From assembly GCA_963780185.1 (NCBI GenBank), contig CAWABA010000011.1:128001-192000 (forward strand): a stretch of 64,000 nucleotides of DNA, written 5' to 3'. Below the pieces are notes generated by a model. It did no database searches. It was not told the DNA's origin and worked only from the letters and a program-made list of their open reading frames with translations. The position numbers and the translations under genes are program-made. Shown in pieces: positions 52,828 to 62,581 of the stretch. Each line of letters begins with the position of its first letter. The first letter of the stretch is position 1. The stretch comes from Candidatus Bathyarchaeota archaeon (lineage in GTDB: Archaea; Thermoproteota; Bathyarchaeia; Bathyarchaeales; Bathycorpusculaceae).

Positions 52828-52898
52828 AAACCGTGCAGCGGCGGTTTTAACCGAAACTATAAGTGAAACCTTTTCTATTGGTTACGTTGGAGATTTTT

Positions 52899-53117
52899 AT
52901 GGTTGAACCTAAAAAAATCAAAACTCAATCTACTCATTCACGAGAACCCCCAATGCATGAAGAACCCGTACAGACCACGCAGCCAAGCAGGTTAGCATGC
53001 GAAATATGCGGAAAAGCCTTCAAAACCCACACCGAACTCGACAGGCACATGGAAAACGCCCACGGAAGCCCAGAAAAAACACACACAGGCGCCCACACTG
53101 GACACCGAGTCGAATAA
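52899..53117 (+). CDS. C2H2 zinc-finger small protein
   Basis: CEICGKAFKTHTELDRHMENAH. Confidence 0.8.
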   Translation: MVEPKKIKTQSTHSREPPMHEEPVQTTQPSRLACEICGKAFKTHTELDRHMENAHGSPEKTHTGAHTGHRVE

Positions 53118-53119
53118 TC

Positions 53120-53294
53120 CTTCCAGCAAGTTTCCTTAAAGCATTAGACATCGCAATAGTGAGCTTCTGCCCTTCGAATGGGGAAGGATGGTAGAAGTCG
53201 CCTCACTTAACGATGGTCATCTAAAACGCCTGCCATGCGGGTATAATGCTTAAGGTTTTCCCAGATATTTTTAATTCATCCCGCTAGTTGGAAG
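53120..53294 (+). ncRNA. Unassigned structured RNA/DNA element
   Basis: Six nested complementary segments plus a side hairpin; G-U pairs favour the + strand. Confidence 0.45.
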
Positions 53295-53406
53295 CGATAA
53301 TCAGCCCTTCTGTCAAATTGAATTTTTCCATTGAAATATAAATTTGTGCATTACTAATGCACACTTTTTGGCGTAAACAAAGGCAAGGAAGAATAAGGAA
53401 AATTTT

Positions 53407-53484
53407 TGGTGCTCCGGCCGGGATTTGGACCCGGGTCGCCGACTCGAAAGGCCGGCATACTTGACCGGACTATACTACCGGAGC
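53407..53484 (-). tRNA. tRNA-Glu (TTC), CCA encoded, intronless
   Basis: GCTCCGG acceptor stem, CCGGC-CTTTCGA-GTCGG anticodon arm, T-arm CCGGG-TCCAAAT-CCCGG, ACCA end. Confidence 0.93.
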
Positions 53485-53554
53485 GCATATGCTAAGAAGC
53501 ATCAAGCAGAATGCTTTTTCCCTCGAATAAACCTTACCCTTCCAGAACTTGGCT

Positions 53555-54067
53555 TCAGCTAGCTTGCGGTTTTTTGGGTGCAGCCTTAGGTTTAAACAAA
53601 AATCCCGTTATCTGATCCACAAGCTTAGCCTGGTTCTTAACGGTTTTTTCGAGTTCCTGGATCCTTTTTTCCACGTCGTTTGAGATGATTTTCCCCTCGA
53701 TTCGGTTTGCGCTGCGGAACATGAGCAGCATTTTGAAGACGTCGGCGATGGCTTTTTCTTGCTCTTCAACGGATGCAGATTTGATTCCTGCGATGATGGA
53801 TAGTTGGTCGACGTAGTGTTCCTTGATTTTGAGTTCCGCGTTCACTGAGGGATCCGTTGGAAACGCGATGCTAAGCGGGGTTTGCTTGGCTAGTTCCGCC
53901 GCTGTTGGGAAACGGATAACTATGTCTCCTCTTATCCAGGAAGCCACGAATTCGGTGACGTAGCGTCGAACGTCAGCAGGGCTGAAAAGCAGCGACGGCT
54001 CAGTTTTCGGTTCAGGCTTATTTTTGATTCTTACGCTGATTACTTTCTTGTCTGGGCTACTTGACAT
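53555..54067 (-). CDS. Hypothetical protein with C-terminal coiled coil
   Basis: 170-aa ORF, TATA-like TTAAATA upstream. Confidence 0.7.
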   Translation of the reverse strand: MSSSPDKKVISVRIKNKPEPKTEPSLLFSPADVRRYVTEFVASWIRGDIVIRFPTAAELAKQTPLSIAFPTDPSVNAELKIKEHYVDQLSIIAGIKSASVEEQEKAIADVFKMLLMFRSANRIEGKIISNDVEKRIQELEKTVKNQAKLVDQITGFLFKPKAAPKKPQAS

Positions 54068-54151
54068 CGCTTAACCTTCCTCAAACAACACGGCTTTCCT
54101 GCTTTTCTTCTTAGCATCAACTAGTATTTAAGAAAAGATGCAGCAAAGATG

Positions 54152-55438
54152 CTAAAACGAGATTTTGGCGGCGGAGGGGATTTTGCCTAAGATTTTTGCT
54201 GTTGCCTTCTCCACCGCTTCGCGGTCAGATGCATCCGTGTAGACCCGCAGTATGTTCATGAATCCTTGGAGGGTTTCAAAAATCTTTGACATTTCACTTA
54301 GCCTCTGCATGGTTTTTTCGCCCGCTTGGTTTTTGGTGAACACTGGAATTTCCATGGATTCCATAAGCACGGCGTGGTGGTAGGGAACGGACGGCACTGT
54401 GGGCACGTCGATTATGACTGATTCGATGTTGACTCCTGCTTCTTTGGCGATTTCGCTTTGCATTTGGTGGCGGTAGGATTCGCGTCCGAAAATGTTGCTT
54501 ATCATGGTGTCTTTTTCGTAGAAGGTGCGTTCGTAGGCGCATTTTAGCATTTTGCGTCTTTCAAGGTCGCCGATTATGTCTTTAGACGCTTTGCATTTCT
54601 TCAAGGCAGACCAAACCGTGTAGTCGTCCAGCGCCATGTACTCCTCCGGCGTCTTAAACGCCGTCAACCCCAATTCTTCGTTGGCTTTCTCCATAGCCGT
54701 TGCCAGCATAATCTGCGCTGCCCTGCCGACACGGTGGAAATAGATGCTTTTGAACGATTCAATTCGGGCTATCATGAAGGCTTCCAATGCTGAGAGGGCG
54801 CCAAGCTCCACAGCCAGGTTTTCGCCTAAAACGTCAAGTGCGTGGATGAGGCGGTAAACGTCGATGAAGCCGTACTCCGCACCCGTGTGATAAGTGTCCC
54901 GAACAATGAAGTCCTGCTTGTCCACGTCCACGGCGCTGCTGATTATTTGATCAAGAAACGCCCTGCCTGGCTTCTGCATTTTCCCAACTGCTAAGCCAGC
55001 CACCTCTTTGGGATTGTAACCCATCTTTGACAGTTTGTCGCCTACCTCGCTTTTCTCAACAATCCACGAAGTGATGTCCTCATGCGTCTTCTCCAAGTCT
55101 CTTATCAGCAGCTGCTCGAACACATGCGAGAAGGGTCCGTGTCCCGCGTCATGCAGCAACGCGGAGATTCTGCACATATCCACTTCATCTTGGCTGAGGA
55201 GGCTAGATACATTGGGGTTCTCCAAAACTTTGCCTGCCAAATACATAACACCGACGCAGTGCTCAAACCGCGTGTGGTTAGCGCCGGGGTAAACGTACTC
55301 TGACCCTGCCAGCTGTCGCAGGCGCCTGAGCCGCTGCATCGGGTAGGAATCGATGACGCTTTTTTCTTCCTGTGAAATGTACACGTACCCGTGCACGGGA
55401 TCCTTTATTTCGCCCCAATAAGCCTTAGGCACAAGCAA
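54152..55438 (-). CDS. HD-domain dNTP triphosphohydrolase-like (SAMHD1/YdhJ family), resident copy
   Basis: IKDPVHG, RLRRLRQL, YPGANHTRFEH, LLHDAGHGPFSH, DKQDFIVRD. Confidence 0.92.
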   Translation of the reverse strand: MLVPKAYWGEIKDPVHGYVYISQEEKSVIDSYPMQRLRRLRQLAGSEYVYPGANHTRFEHCVGVMYLAGKVLENPNVSSLLSQDEVDMCRISALLHDAGHGPFSHVFEQLLIRDLEKTHEDITSWIVEKSEVGDKLSKMGYNPKEVAGLAVGKMQKPGRAFLDQIISSAVDVDKQDFIVRDTYHTGAEYGFIDVYRLIHALDVLGENLAVELGALSALEAFMIARIESFKSIYFHRVGRAAQIMLATAMEKANEELGLTAFKTPEEYMALDDYTVWSALKKCKASKDIIGDLERRKMLKCAYERTFYEKDTMISNIFGRESYRHQMQSEIAKEAGVNIESVIIDVPTVPSVPYHHAVLMESMEIPVFTKNQAGEKTMQRLSEMSKIFETLQGFMNILRVYTDASDREAVEKATAKILGKIPSAAKISF

Positions 55439-55506
55439 GTCTCCAACTGCAAGTTATATTTATTTATCTCCCTATAATGTTAACGCTGACTAGCTGGGAC
55501 AGAAAA

Positions 55507-56109
55507 ATGAGTGGGAAAGGCGTGTTCATCTGCGTTGAAGGCTTAGACGGAAGCGGAAAAACCACACAGGCACAAATCTTAACGGAGCGGCTCAACCAAA
55601 AATATCGGGCGGTTTACACGGCTGAGCCAAGCCATGGCAAAACAGGAGCCTTCATACGGGAATGCTGCCTCTACGAAAAAAAGCGTTTGCCGACCCCGGC
55701 TGAAGCCTTACTGTTCGCCGCGGATCGAATAGAGCACGTTGAAAACGAGATTAAACCTGCGTTAGCCGAGGGCAAAGTGGTAATTTGCGACCGCTACTTT
55801 TACTCGTCTTATGCTTACCAGGGCAGCGCGGGGCTGAATTTGGGCTGGATCAAAAGAATCAATTCTTACGCGCTTAAACCTGATTACGCGATTTTTATAG
55901 ATGTGCCGCCTGAGCGGGTTCTGGAGCGTTTGCAAAGAAAAAAATCCGTGATGGAAACGTTGGAGATTCAGCAAAAAGTCCGCGAAGTCTACCTGAGCTT
56001 CGTGAAGAAAGGCGAACTTTTCTTGATTGACGGCGACAGAACCAAAGATGAAGTGGCGGATGCGTTGTTTTCTAAAGTTCAAGGCTTCCTTGAAACCCGC
56101 TTGAAATAA
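55507..56109 (+). CDS. tmk: Thymidylate kinase
   Basis: EGLDGSGKTT, LLFAADR, CDRY..SS.AYQ. Confidence 0.96.
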   Translation: MSGKGVFICVEGLDGSGKTTQAQILTERLNQKYRAVYTAEPSHGKTGAFIRECCLYEKKRLPTPAEALLFAADRIEHVENEIKPALAEGKVVICDRYFYSSYAYQGSAGLNLGWIKRINSYALKPDYAIFIDVPPERVLERLQRKKSVMETLEIQQKVREVYLSFVKKGELFLIDGDRTKDEVADALFSKVQGFLETRLK

Positions 56110-56203
56110 CCCTGCTGTTGAAACTCAAAACGTTTGACCGCCAAAGAAACCGCTGCCTGAACGATTGCCAAAGAAATGGGGCGGAACAAAGGGGTTTTTT
56201 GGC

Positions 56204-57319
56204 TTAGTCTTCTCTCCATTTGAAGAGTTTGACTGCAGCCACGAATATGACCACTGTTATGGCTCCAACGATTGCCACGTCGATTACTGCGCCCGCGTAG
56301 TTTGAGTAAACCATGACGTTGTTTAAGCCTTCAATAATGTAGAACAGCGGCAGCACGTGAGCGATGGTCTGCAGGTAATGTGGCATGATGCTGATTGGGA
56401 AGAATGTGCCTGAGAGGAACATCATTGGAAACGTCACGATGTTGCCGATGACGCCCGCGGTTTCCGGGTTCTTGGTCACTGTTCCGACAAGCATGCCGAG
56501 CGAAGCGAAAAGTGTTGGGCCGATAAGCAGGAAGGGTATGAGCCAAGGAGTCAAGGTGACGTTTGCGCCGTAAACTGCAATCCCCACAACCACCATCAGC
56601 AGGAAGCTTATGACTGTTAAAACGATGTACCAAAGTATCTTTGAAGCCAACCACTCAAACTTCGTCAGCGGCGTCAGCGAAAGCTGCTTGAAAAGCTTGG
56701 TCTTTTTGTAGTCCGAGGAAATGTTAACGAGGCTGAACATGGGGCTTACAAGTATGGCGAAGCCGATTAAGCCTGGGACAAGAAAATCAATGTATTTTGT
56801 TTGATGCAGATTGACAGTTGTTGATGTTAAGCCTATGACGGCTTTACCGTTGAAGCGTTGCAAATTGAAGTAGTTTGCGTATCCATTGACTGTTCCGCTT
56901 ACGATGCCGCTCGTGCTTGACGTCGGGTTCCCATAAACCGTTACGTTCACTGGGCGACCCGCCACATAATCAGCGGAGAAGTTTTCCGGTATAACGATAC
57001 CGTCAGACGCTGAATGCGCAGCAAGGTACTTTGGAAAGTCCTCCGTAGAGTTCACCATTACCAACCTGATTGTGCTGGAGCTGTTGAGTGCATGCAAAAA
57101 CTGTGTTCCAATATTCATTTGGGGCGTGGCGAACGGACCGGTGTCTTTGTCTTGTGCGTAGACATTAATTGTTCCAGAGCCGGAGCTTGAAAAAATGGCG
57201 CCGAAAATCAAAATTAGAATTACTGGGAAAATCAGGCCGAAGAATAATCCGAACCTGTTTCTTAAGTATCCGCGGCTGAAAACTTTAAAGTCCGCCAATA
57301 TTCTTTTTCCACTAGACAT
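56204..57319 (-). CDS. ABC-2 type permease
   Basis: YIDFLVPG, FPMMFLSGTFFP. Confidence 0.92.
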   Translation of the reverse strand: MSSGKRILADFKVFSRGYLRNRFGLFFGLIFPVILILIFGAIFSSSGSGTINVYAQDKDTGPFATPQMNIGTQFLHALNSSSTIRLVMVNSTEDFPKYLAAHSASDGIVIPENFSADYVAGRPVNVTVYGNPTSSTSGIVSGTVNGYANYFNLQRFNGKAVIGLTSTTVNLHQTKYIDFLVPGLIGFAILVSPMFSLVNISSDYKKTKLFKQLSLTPLTKFEWLASKILWYIVLTVISFLLMVVVGIAVYGANVTLTPWLIPFLLIGPTLFASLGMLVGTVTKNPETAGVIGNIVTFPMMFLSGTFFPISIMPHYLQTIAHVLPLFYIIEGLNNVMVYSNYAGAVIDVAIVGAITVVIFVAAVKLFKWRED

Positions 57320-58274
57320 CTTTCATTCCCTCGCTATGCTCATGTTCATCCAGTATTTCGCCGTGGTCACTCAGTTTTCTGCTGACAAGTTTAACGAAAA
57401 CGTCGTCTAAGCTGTCGCGGCGCGTTTGGATGTCGCTCCAATCCATTTTTGACTGCTCCGCAGCCGCCAAAGCCGCCAAGGCATCAATCTTTTGCTTAAT
57501 CGGGATGCTGATTACTCCTCTGGCGGTGTCGTAATCGACATGCAACTCCGTGTTTGCCTTGATGTACTTAGCCAACTCTTGGGACCCACGGATTTCAAGT
57601 CTTTCTCCGGAGCCGTGCTCAGCGATGATTTCGTCGCTTGTTCCCATCGCCACAATTTTTCCATGATCCATGATGGCAACTCGGTCAGACAATTGCTGTG
57701 CCTCATCAAGGTAGTGAGTTGTTAAGATGATTGTTTTGCCCTTGGCTTTCAACCCTCGGATGACGTCCCAGATTGCGCGTCTAGCGTTGGGGTCAAGCCC
57801 AGTAGTTGGTTCATCAAGAAAAAGCAGTTCAGGAGTGTTCACGAGCGAAAGAGCCAAACCCATCTTTTGCTTTTGCCCGCCAGATAGGCTGTCAAAATTG
57901 GTTTTTGCTGATTCCTCAAGCAAAACCTCTTTCAAAATATCGTCGGGGTTCACTTTTATGTTAAAGAGGTCGGCGTAGTAAATGATGGCTTCTCTTGGAT
58001 TGATCTTCTCGATAAAATTGAACTCTTGCGGAATAACGCCGATTCTCTTGTGGAGTTCGTAACCGTTTTTCCACGGGTCAAAACCGAGGACCTTCGCGTC
58101 GCCGCCGTCTCTTTCACGCAAGCCTTCTAAGATTTCTATGGTGGTGGTTTTGCCTGCGCCGTTTGGACCTAGAAGCGCGAAAACTTCGCCCGTGTTAACG
58201 TTGAACGAGATTTCATTTACGGCTTTTAGACTTCCGTAATTCTTCTTTAGGGAATGAACTTCAATGGAAATCAA
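57312..58274 (-). CDS. ABC transporter ATP-binding protein
   Basis: GPNGAGKTT, LSGGQ, FLDEPT. Confidence 0.95.
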   Translation of the reverse strand: MISIEVHSLKKNYGSLKAVNEISFNVNTGEVFALLGPNGAGKTTTIEILEGLRERDGGDAKVLGFDPWKNGYELHKRIGVIPQEFNFIEKINPREAIIYYADLFNIKVNPDDILKEVLLEESAKTNFDSLSGGQKQKMGLALSLVNTPELLFLDEPTTGLDPNARRAIWDVIRGLKAKGKTIILTTHYLDEAQQLSDRVAIMDHGKIVAMGTSDEIIAEHGSGERLEIRGSQELAKYIKANTELHVDYDTARGVISIPIKQKIDALAALAAAEQSKMDWSDIQTRRDSLDDVFVKLVSRKLSDHGEILDEHEHSEGMKDV

Positions 58275-58391
58275 AGATTTTTTTGCCCCTTTTTTCTATC
58301 CTACTCAAAGAGAGCTTCTCCTGTTTTCTGCATCAACAGTGTTTATTATAATTTTCGGCTATAGACTCCACCGTTCCTAAATAGCTCACGC

Positions 58392-58904
58392 TTAGTTGCT
58401 TGCCTGCTTCTTGAGGACCTTTCGGTTTGAGGCTCCGTTCAGTTTTTTAAAGATAAACAGCGCTAAATCTTCAGGCGGCACGTAGCGGAGCCCTTTTTTG
58501 TGGTGAACCTGAATTTCAAAAATGCTTCGGTTATACACGGTTCTGACGAGGTAATAATCAAATTTTAGCGGCTTCTTTTTTTCTCCCTCGCCTTTGTAGT
58601 AGCGGATAACGCAGAAGAAATCCATGTTTTCCAAAGACTGAGTCGCAAGCAGATCCATCGCTTTCTTGACTTCTTCTACGTCAATGTAGTTGAAGCAGTC
58701 GGCGTCGGCTAAACCGAACTCAAAAATAATCCTGCAACCTGGAATAGTGGGGTGCCCAACTTCTTCAAAACTGAATTCTTTCTTGTTTACTTCGTAGAGC
58801 GTCTGAATTAGCTTTTCTTGAAGCTGTCGACTCGTGAGGGTTGAAGTGAAGCTCTGCACAAATTGGAGGTTTGGGGGAAAATTGTCAAATACGCCCAGCG
58901 TCAA
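58392..58904 (-). CDS. Hypothetical protein
   Basis: 170-aa ORF co-oriented with the UPF0148 gene. Confidence 0.7.
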   Translation of the reverse strand: MTLGVFDNFPPNLQFVQSFTSTLTSRQLQEKLIQTLYEVNKKEFSFEEVGHPTIPGCRIIFEFGLADADCFNYIDVEEVKKAMDLLATQSLENMDFFCVIRYYKGEGEKKKPLKFDYYLVRTVYNRSIFEIQVHHKKGLRYVPPEDLALFIFKKLNGASNRKVLKKQASN

Positions 58905-58910
58905 ATATTC

Positions 58911-59303
58911 CTACTTTACTTTTTTCATTTTCCCGATTTTGTCAAGGCTGTCAAGCAACTGGGATAAAGCGGTGGTTAGTTTTTGGAGTTCGTCGATGTC
59001 TTGGGTTTTTTCGATTTTTCCCTGCAAATCCTTGACTTTGGCAAGCAAGGTAGATTCAAGCTTGTCGTAGGCGGTGCCAGTGGCGGGAGAGGAGGGCGCG
59101 GCTGGTGGTTCTTCGCCTTCTTTTACGATGATGACTTTTTTCTCGTCTTTTGCGCACCAAAGTGTGCCATCTTGTAGCCTGAAAAGCGGGGACGAGCAAA
59201 CGGGACATGACAAGTCGGTTAAAGTGGCGCCTTTTGTTAGCAGGTCCGCCATGCGTTTGATAGGCGTGGTGTTTTCTTTCTTTTCTTGCAATATGAACCC
59301 CAA
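58911..59303 (-). CDS. UPF0148 / SSSCA1-like zinc-ribbon protein
   Basis: MADLLTKGATL...CPVCSSPLF...WC; divergent from UPF0147. Confidence 0.88.
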   Translation of the reverse strand: MGFILQEKKENTTPIKRMADLLTKGATLTDLSCPVCSSPLFRLQDGTLWCAKDEKKVIIVKEGEEPPAAPSSPATGTAYDKLESTLLAKVKDLQGKIEKTQDIDELQKLTTALSQLLDSLDKIGKMKKVK

Positions 59304-59366
59304 AGTAAATACGTATCAATACTTATATAACTTGATTTACTGGGAGAAATCAGTGGGGAGTTCATT

Positions 59367-59645
59367 ATGGTTCGCAAAAAGAAAGCTGAGGAATATGAAG
59401 GCAAAATTCAACAGGCGCTAGCGGTGCTTGCAGAGGTTTCAGAAGACAGCACCACACCACGCAATATTAGACGCTCAGCAAAAGACGCCATGAACGCCCT
59501 GCAAAGCGGCGAATACACGGTGGCTGTGCGCGCTTCAAACGCCGTTTCGATGTTAGACGAGATTTTGCAAGACCCCAACATGCCGCCCTACACGCGGGTA
59601 AAGCTCTGGAACGTCATGAGCTTCATAGAAGCCATAAAAGATTAG
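59367..59645 (+). CDS. UPF0147 family protein
   Basis: DSTTPRNIRR, LDEILQDPNMPPYTR. Confidence 0.93.
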   Translation: MVRKKKAEEYEGKIQQALAVLAEVSEDSTTPRNIRRSAKDAMNALQSGEYTVAVRASNAVSMLDEILQDPNMPPYTRVKLWNVMSFIEAIKD

Positions 59646-59900
59646 TTTAGAGCAAATAAGACTACTTTCTTTTCCTGACGAATTTCGCTCCCGTTTATTT
59701 CAGTGACATCTTCAAAGCCTACTTCGAGTTGTTTGCAACCGTCATCTAATTTTTCAGCAGCAATGTCTCGATATGTTTTGACGAATCGAATTTAATGGGC
59801 ATAAGTCAATTTTCGGTTTTCTGGCGGTTATAAAGTGCTTATTCACCAGTGAGAAGTCTTATTAGGGGTTAGCAAGCAAAAGTAGGGATAAGGTGCACCT

Positions 59901-61727
59901 TTGCCAGAATTAGTCTTTAGCGAATACATTAAGGACCCTATTTATGGTTCCATCGGGATTACAGCAAAGGAAAAAGAGGTAATAGAAACAAGAATCTTTC
60001 AGCGACTAAAAAATATAAAACAGCTTGGAACAGCAAACTTCGTTTATCCAGGAGCAAACCATTCCCGTTTCGAACACTCAATCGGAACTATGCATGCTAC
60101 CTCATTAATACTGGATAGACTTAACTTTGGCCAAAACCATAAACAGTCAATTCGTCTTGCTGCCCTTCTTCATGATGTTGGTCATGGGCCATTTTCGCAC
60201 ACTTTTGAAGAGTTGTTAGTGAGGAACCCTGCATTCAGGCCGATAATTCAGGGTGTAACATTCGAAGATCACGAACAATTTACCAACTATCTAATCACTG
60301 AAGACGCCGAGCTAAAACAGGCACTTGATTACCACAGGAACGATATTTGCAACTTTCTATTAGGAAATAGAGTTCTCGGCGATGTGCCGCCTGAGGTAAT
60401 AACAGGAGACTTAGGTTCTGATAGGCTAGATTATTTAATCCGGGATACATATTACACCGGTCTCGGTCATAGACCTGATATTGATTCCTTAATTTCAAAT
60501 ATGGTGCTATCTAAAAGAAAATGTGATTCGCCTAGACTTACTATAACTAAGGATGGTATTCTTGCAGCTGAATTTTTGATTACCACGCGTTACTACCATT
60601 ATTCCATGATTGCTCAGCACCAAAAAACACGAGCGGTTGAATTACTTTTCATTCAACTGATGGAGGAAATTCTTAGAAAGGAGGAAGATCCCAAAAAATT
60701 TGTATTCGACGCGTATACCTCATTTGACGACAGTATTATTCTAGGGAGAATTTTTAATTTAACGGGAAAACTTCATGATCTTTTTTATTCAGGGAAGGGG
60801 TTGTTTGAGATCTATAACATTCCTTTCAGCGAAATTAGAAGCGGTCTTGCCAAGTATTGTTTCTACCGAATGTTCGACGACAGTGAGGGGCTCCTACAAT
60901 TTAACAAAAAAGTTGGGGAAGCGATAGGTGAGCTCACAAAAATTGACAAAATAAGCGTTGATGTTCATTTATTCAAACATACTGTCCCGGAAATTATATT
61001 GTGTAGCGAGCGATATGAGACACCCAAGGAGTGGGTAAGTCCATTTGCGATCGATCACTCAAACATTCTAAAATTAATACCAAATGAGCAGCTTCTCAAA
61101 AGCAGTGTGCGAGTTTTTATTGAGGACAAACAGAACTGCGATATTGATGCGATAAAAAAGCTAATAGATCAAAATCGAGCGAATTTATTGTCAACAGGTT
61201 TCTTGGCGCCTTTTTCAAAGGAGCGTATAATGGAAGAATTTCAACCAATAGACTATTTTTACACTTTCATCTGTGCGCTAAGAGACTTCTACTCTGAAAA
61301 ACCTTGGAAATCGGAAGCAACTAAACAGGAGGAGGTTTTTAGAGGTATCGCAAGGATGTATGATTTAACTAAAGTTTGTAGTGATGAACTCAGAATTAAA
61401 ATGCTAAAATATAACACATTCTATTCCAGCGAGGAAAAAAGCCTCACCTATTCAATAAACTGCTTCACTATACTTAATGCGTTTCATTCGCTTGACTTCT
61501 TGCACCTTGAATATATTCCTGCCAAGGCCGAAGGGAGCAAGCCATACCGTAAAGTATATTTGATTAAGCCAACTGGCGAGAAAGAAATCAGAACAAAGCT
61601 TTATGACGATGTACCTAAATTCAATGAAACGAGGAATAAATTCTTAGATGTCTTTAGATCCCTTAATTGGGACGATTACTTTGCAGAGCTCTTCCCCTTT
61701 AAGTCAAATGAGCAAAAGGAATGGTGA
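59901..61727 (+). CDS. SAMHD1-like HD dNTP triphosphohydrolase with extra C-terminal wHTH-like domain
   Basis: IKDPIYG, RLKNIKQLG, YPGANHSRFEHSIG, LLHDVGHGPFSH, DRLDYLIRD; 180 aa longer than the paralog at 54152. Confidence 0.88.
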   Translation: MPELVFSEYIKDPIYGSIGITAKEKEVIETRIFQRLKNIKQLGTANFVYPGANHSRFEHSIGTMHATSLILDRLNFGQNHKQSIRLAALLHDVGHGPFSHTFEELLVRNPAFRPIIQGVTFEDHEQFTNYLITEDAELKQALDYHRNDICNFLLGNRVLGDVPPEVITGDLGSDRLDYLIRDTYYTGLGHRPDIDSLISNMVLSKRKCDSPRLTITKDGILAAEFLITTRYYHYSMIAQHQKTRAVELLFIQLMEEILRKEEDPKKFVFDAYTSFDDSIILGRIFNLTGKLHDLFYSGKGLFEIYNIPFSEIRSGLAKYCFYRMFDDSEGLLQFNKKVGEAIGELTKIDKISVDVHLFKHTVPEIILCSERYETPKEWVSPFAIDHSNILKLIPNEQLLKSSVRVFIEDKQNCDIDAIKKLIDQNRANLLSTGFLAPFSKERIMEEFQPIDYFYTFICALRDFYSEKPWKSEATKQEEVFRGIARMYDLTKVCSDELRIKMLKYNTFYSSEEKSLTYSINCFTILNAFHSLDFLHLEYIPAKAEGSKPYRKVYLIKPTGEKEIRTKLYDDVPKFNETRNKFLDVFRSLNWDDYFAELFPFKSNEQKEW

Positions 61728-61867
61728 CATCAATCATTGCTGATGTCGGCTCTTTGGATTTAATCCACGTTATGCTTTCATTCCCCATTTTGGGGTCGCA
61801 ATTGATTATTAGCAGCTCTGTTAATATATATTTTACTGTTAAACGAAGAAATGAAGAAAGATAACTT

Positions 61868-62581
61868 ATGCCTTACGAGGAAAAAACGGAGCAAGCGTTT
61901 CTAAGTTATTACAACTCTGATAGGTTTCTGACCGAGTTAAGACTTCCAGATAAGCCTGGGCTGCATCATTTTCGATTTCAATACTTTGCTAAGGGGAGAC
62001 TATTCAGACGAGTTTATGACATTGTCGACAGCAAGAGCAAACTAAGAACAATAATTCAAAAAAGATGCCCCAAAAATGTTTACTTTACGCCGGTTAAATG
62101 GCTTGATCCAATTAATGTCAACCGACATAAGGATAAAGAAATTAATGATTATATGCTCTCCAGTCCTCTTTTCTTTGACATAGATAGGCAGTTGCTTAAC
62201 TCTCCAACTATAGACTCAGCGCTAGAAATGACCGAGATACTAATCGGATATATTAAAAAGGAATACAGTCGAGTGCCTGATTGGATAGTTTTTTCTGGAA
62301 AGAATGGGTTCCATGTCTATTATTGGAACTGGGATAACATCGTTAGAGATTATTGCTCGCCAGAGGATAGAATACTTGCTTTTAAAAAAGCTCGGTTTAA
62401 AATCCTTTCTGAGCTTAAAAACTTGTCCATTAGGGTCGATGCTTCGGTGACGATGGATCCCTGGAGGGTTTTACGTGTTCCGGGAACGCTCCACGGTGAT
62501 TCAGGCTTGATTGCCAAGGCGTTAACTAGCTTGACTGACTTTTCTTTTGAAAGAACACAACCCACAGTTATGTCAATATAG
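61868..62581 (+). CDS. Stand-alone PriS-like archaeo-eukaryotic primase (AEP) domain protein
   Basis: Motif I LFFDID, motif II SGKNGFHVY, motif III VDASVTMDPWRVLRVPGTLHGDSGL. Confidence 0.85.
   Translation: MPYEEKTEQAFLSYYNSDRFLTELRLPDKPGLHHFRFQYFAKGRLFRRVYDIVDSKSKLRTIIQKRCPKNVYFTPVKWLDPINVNRHKDKEINDYMLSSPLFFDIDRQLLNSPTIDSALEMTEILIGYIKKEYSRVPDWIVFSGKNGFHVYYWNWDNIVRDYCSPEDRILAFKKARFKILSELKNLSIRVDASVTMDPWRVLRVPGTLHGDSGLIAKALTSLTDFSFERTQPTVMSI

Noticed and set aside
53120-53294. SECIS element or hammerhead ribozyme
   Set aside because: The upstream gene has no in-frame UGA and ends in TAA, and there is no CUGANGA/GAAA core.
53407-53484. Provirus integrated at tRNA-Glu
   Set aside because: No duplicated tRNA half and no integrase seen in the window.
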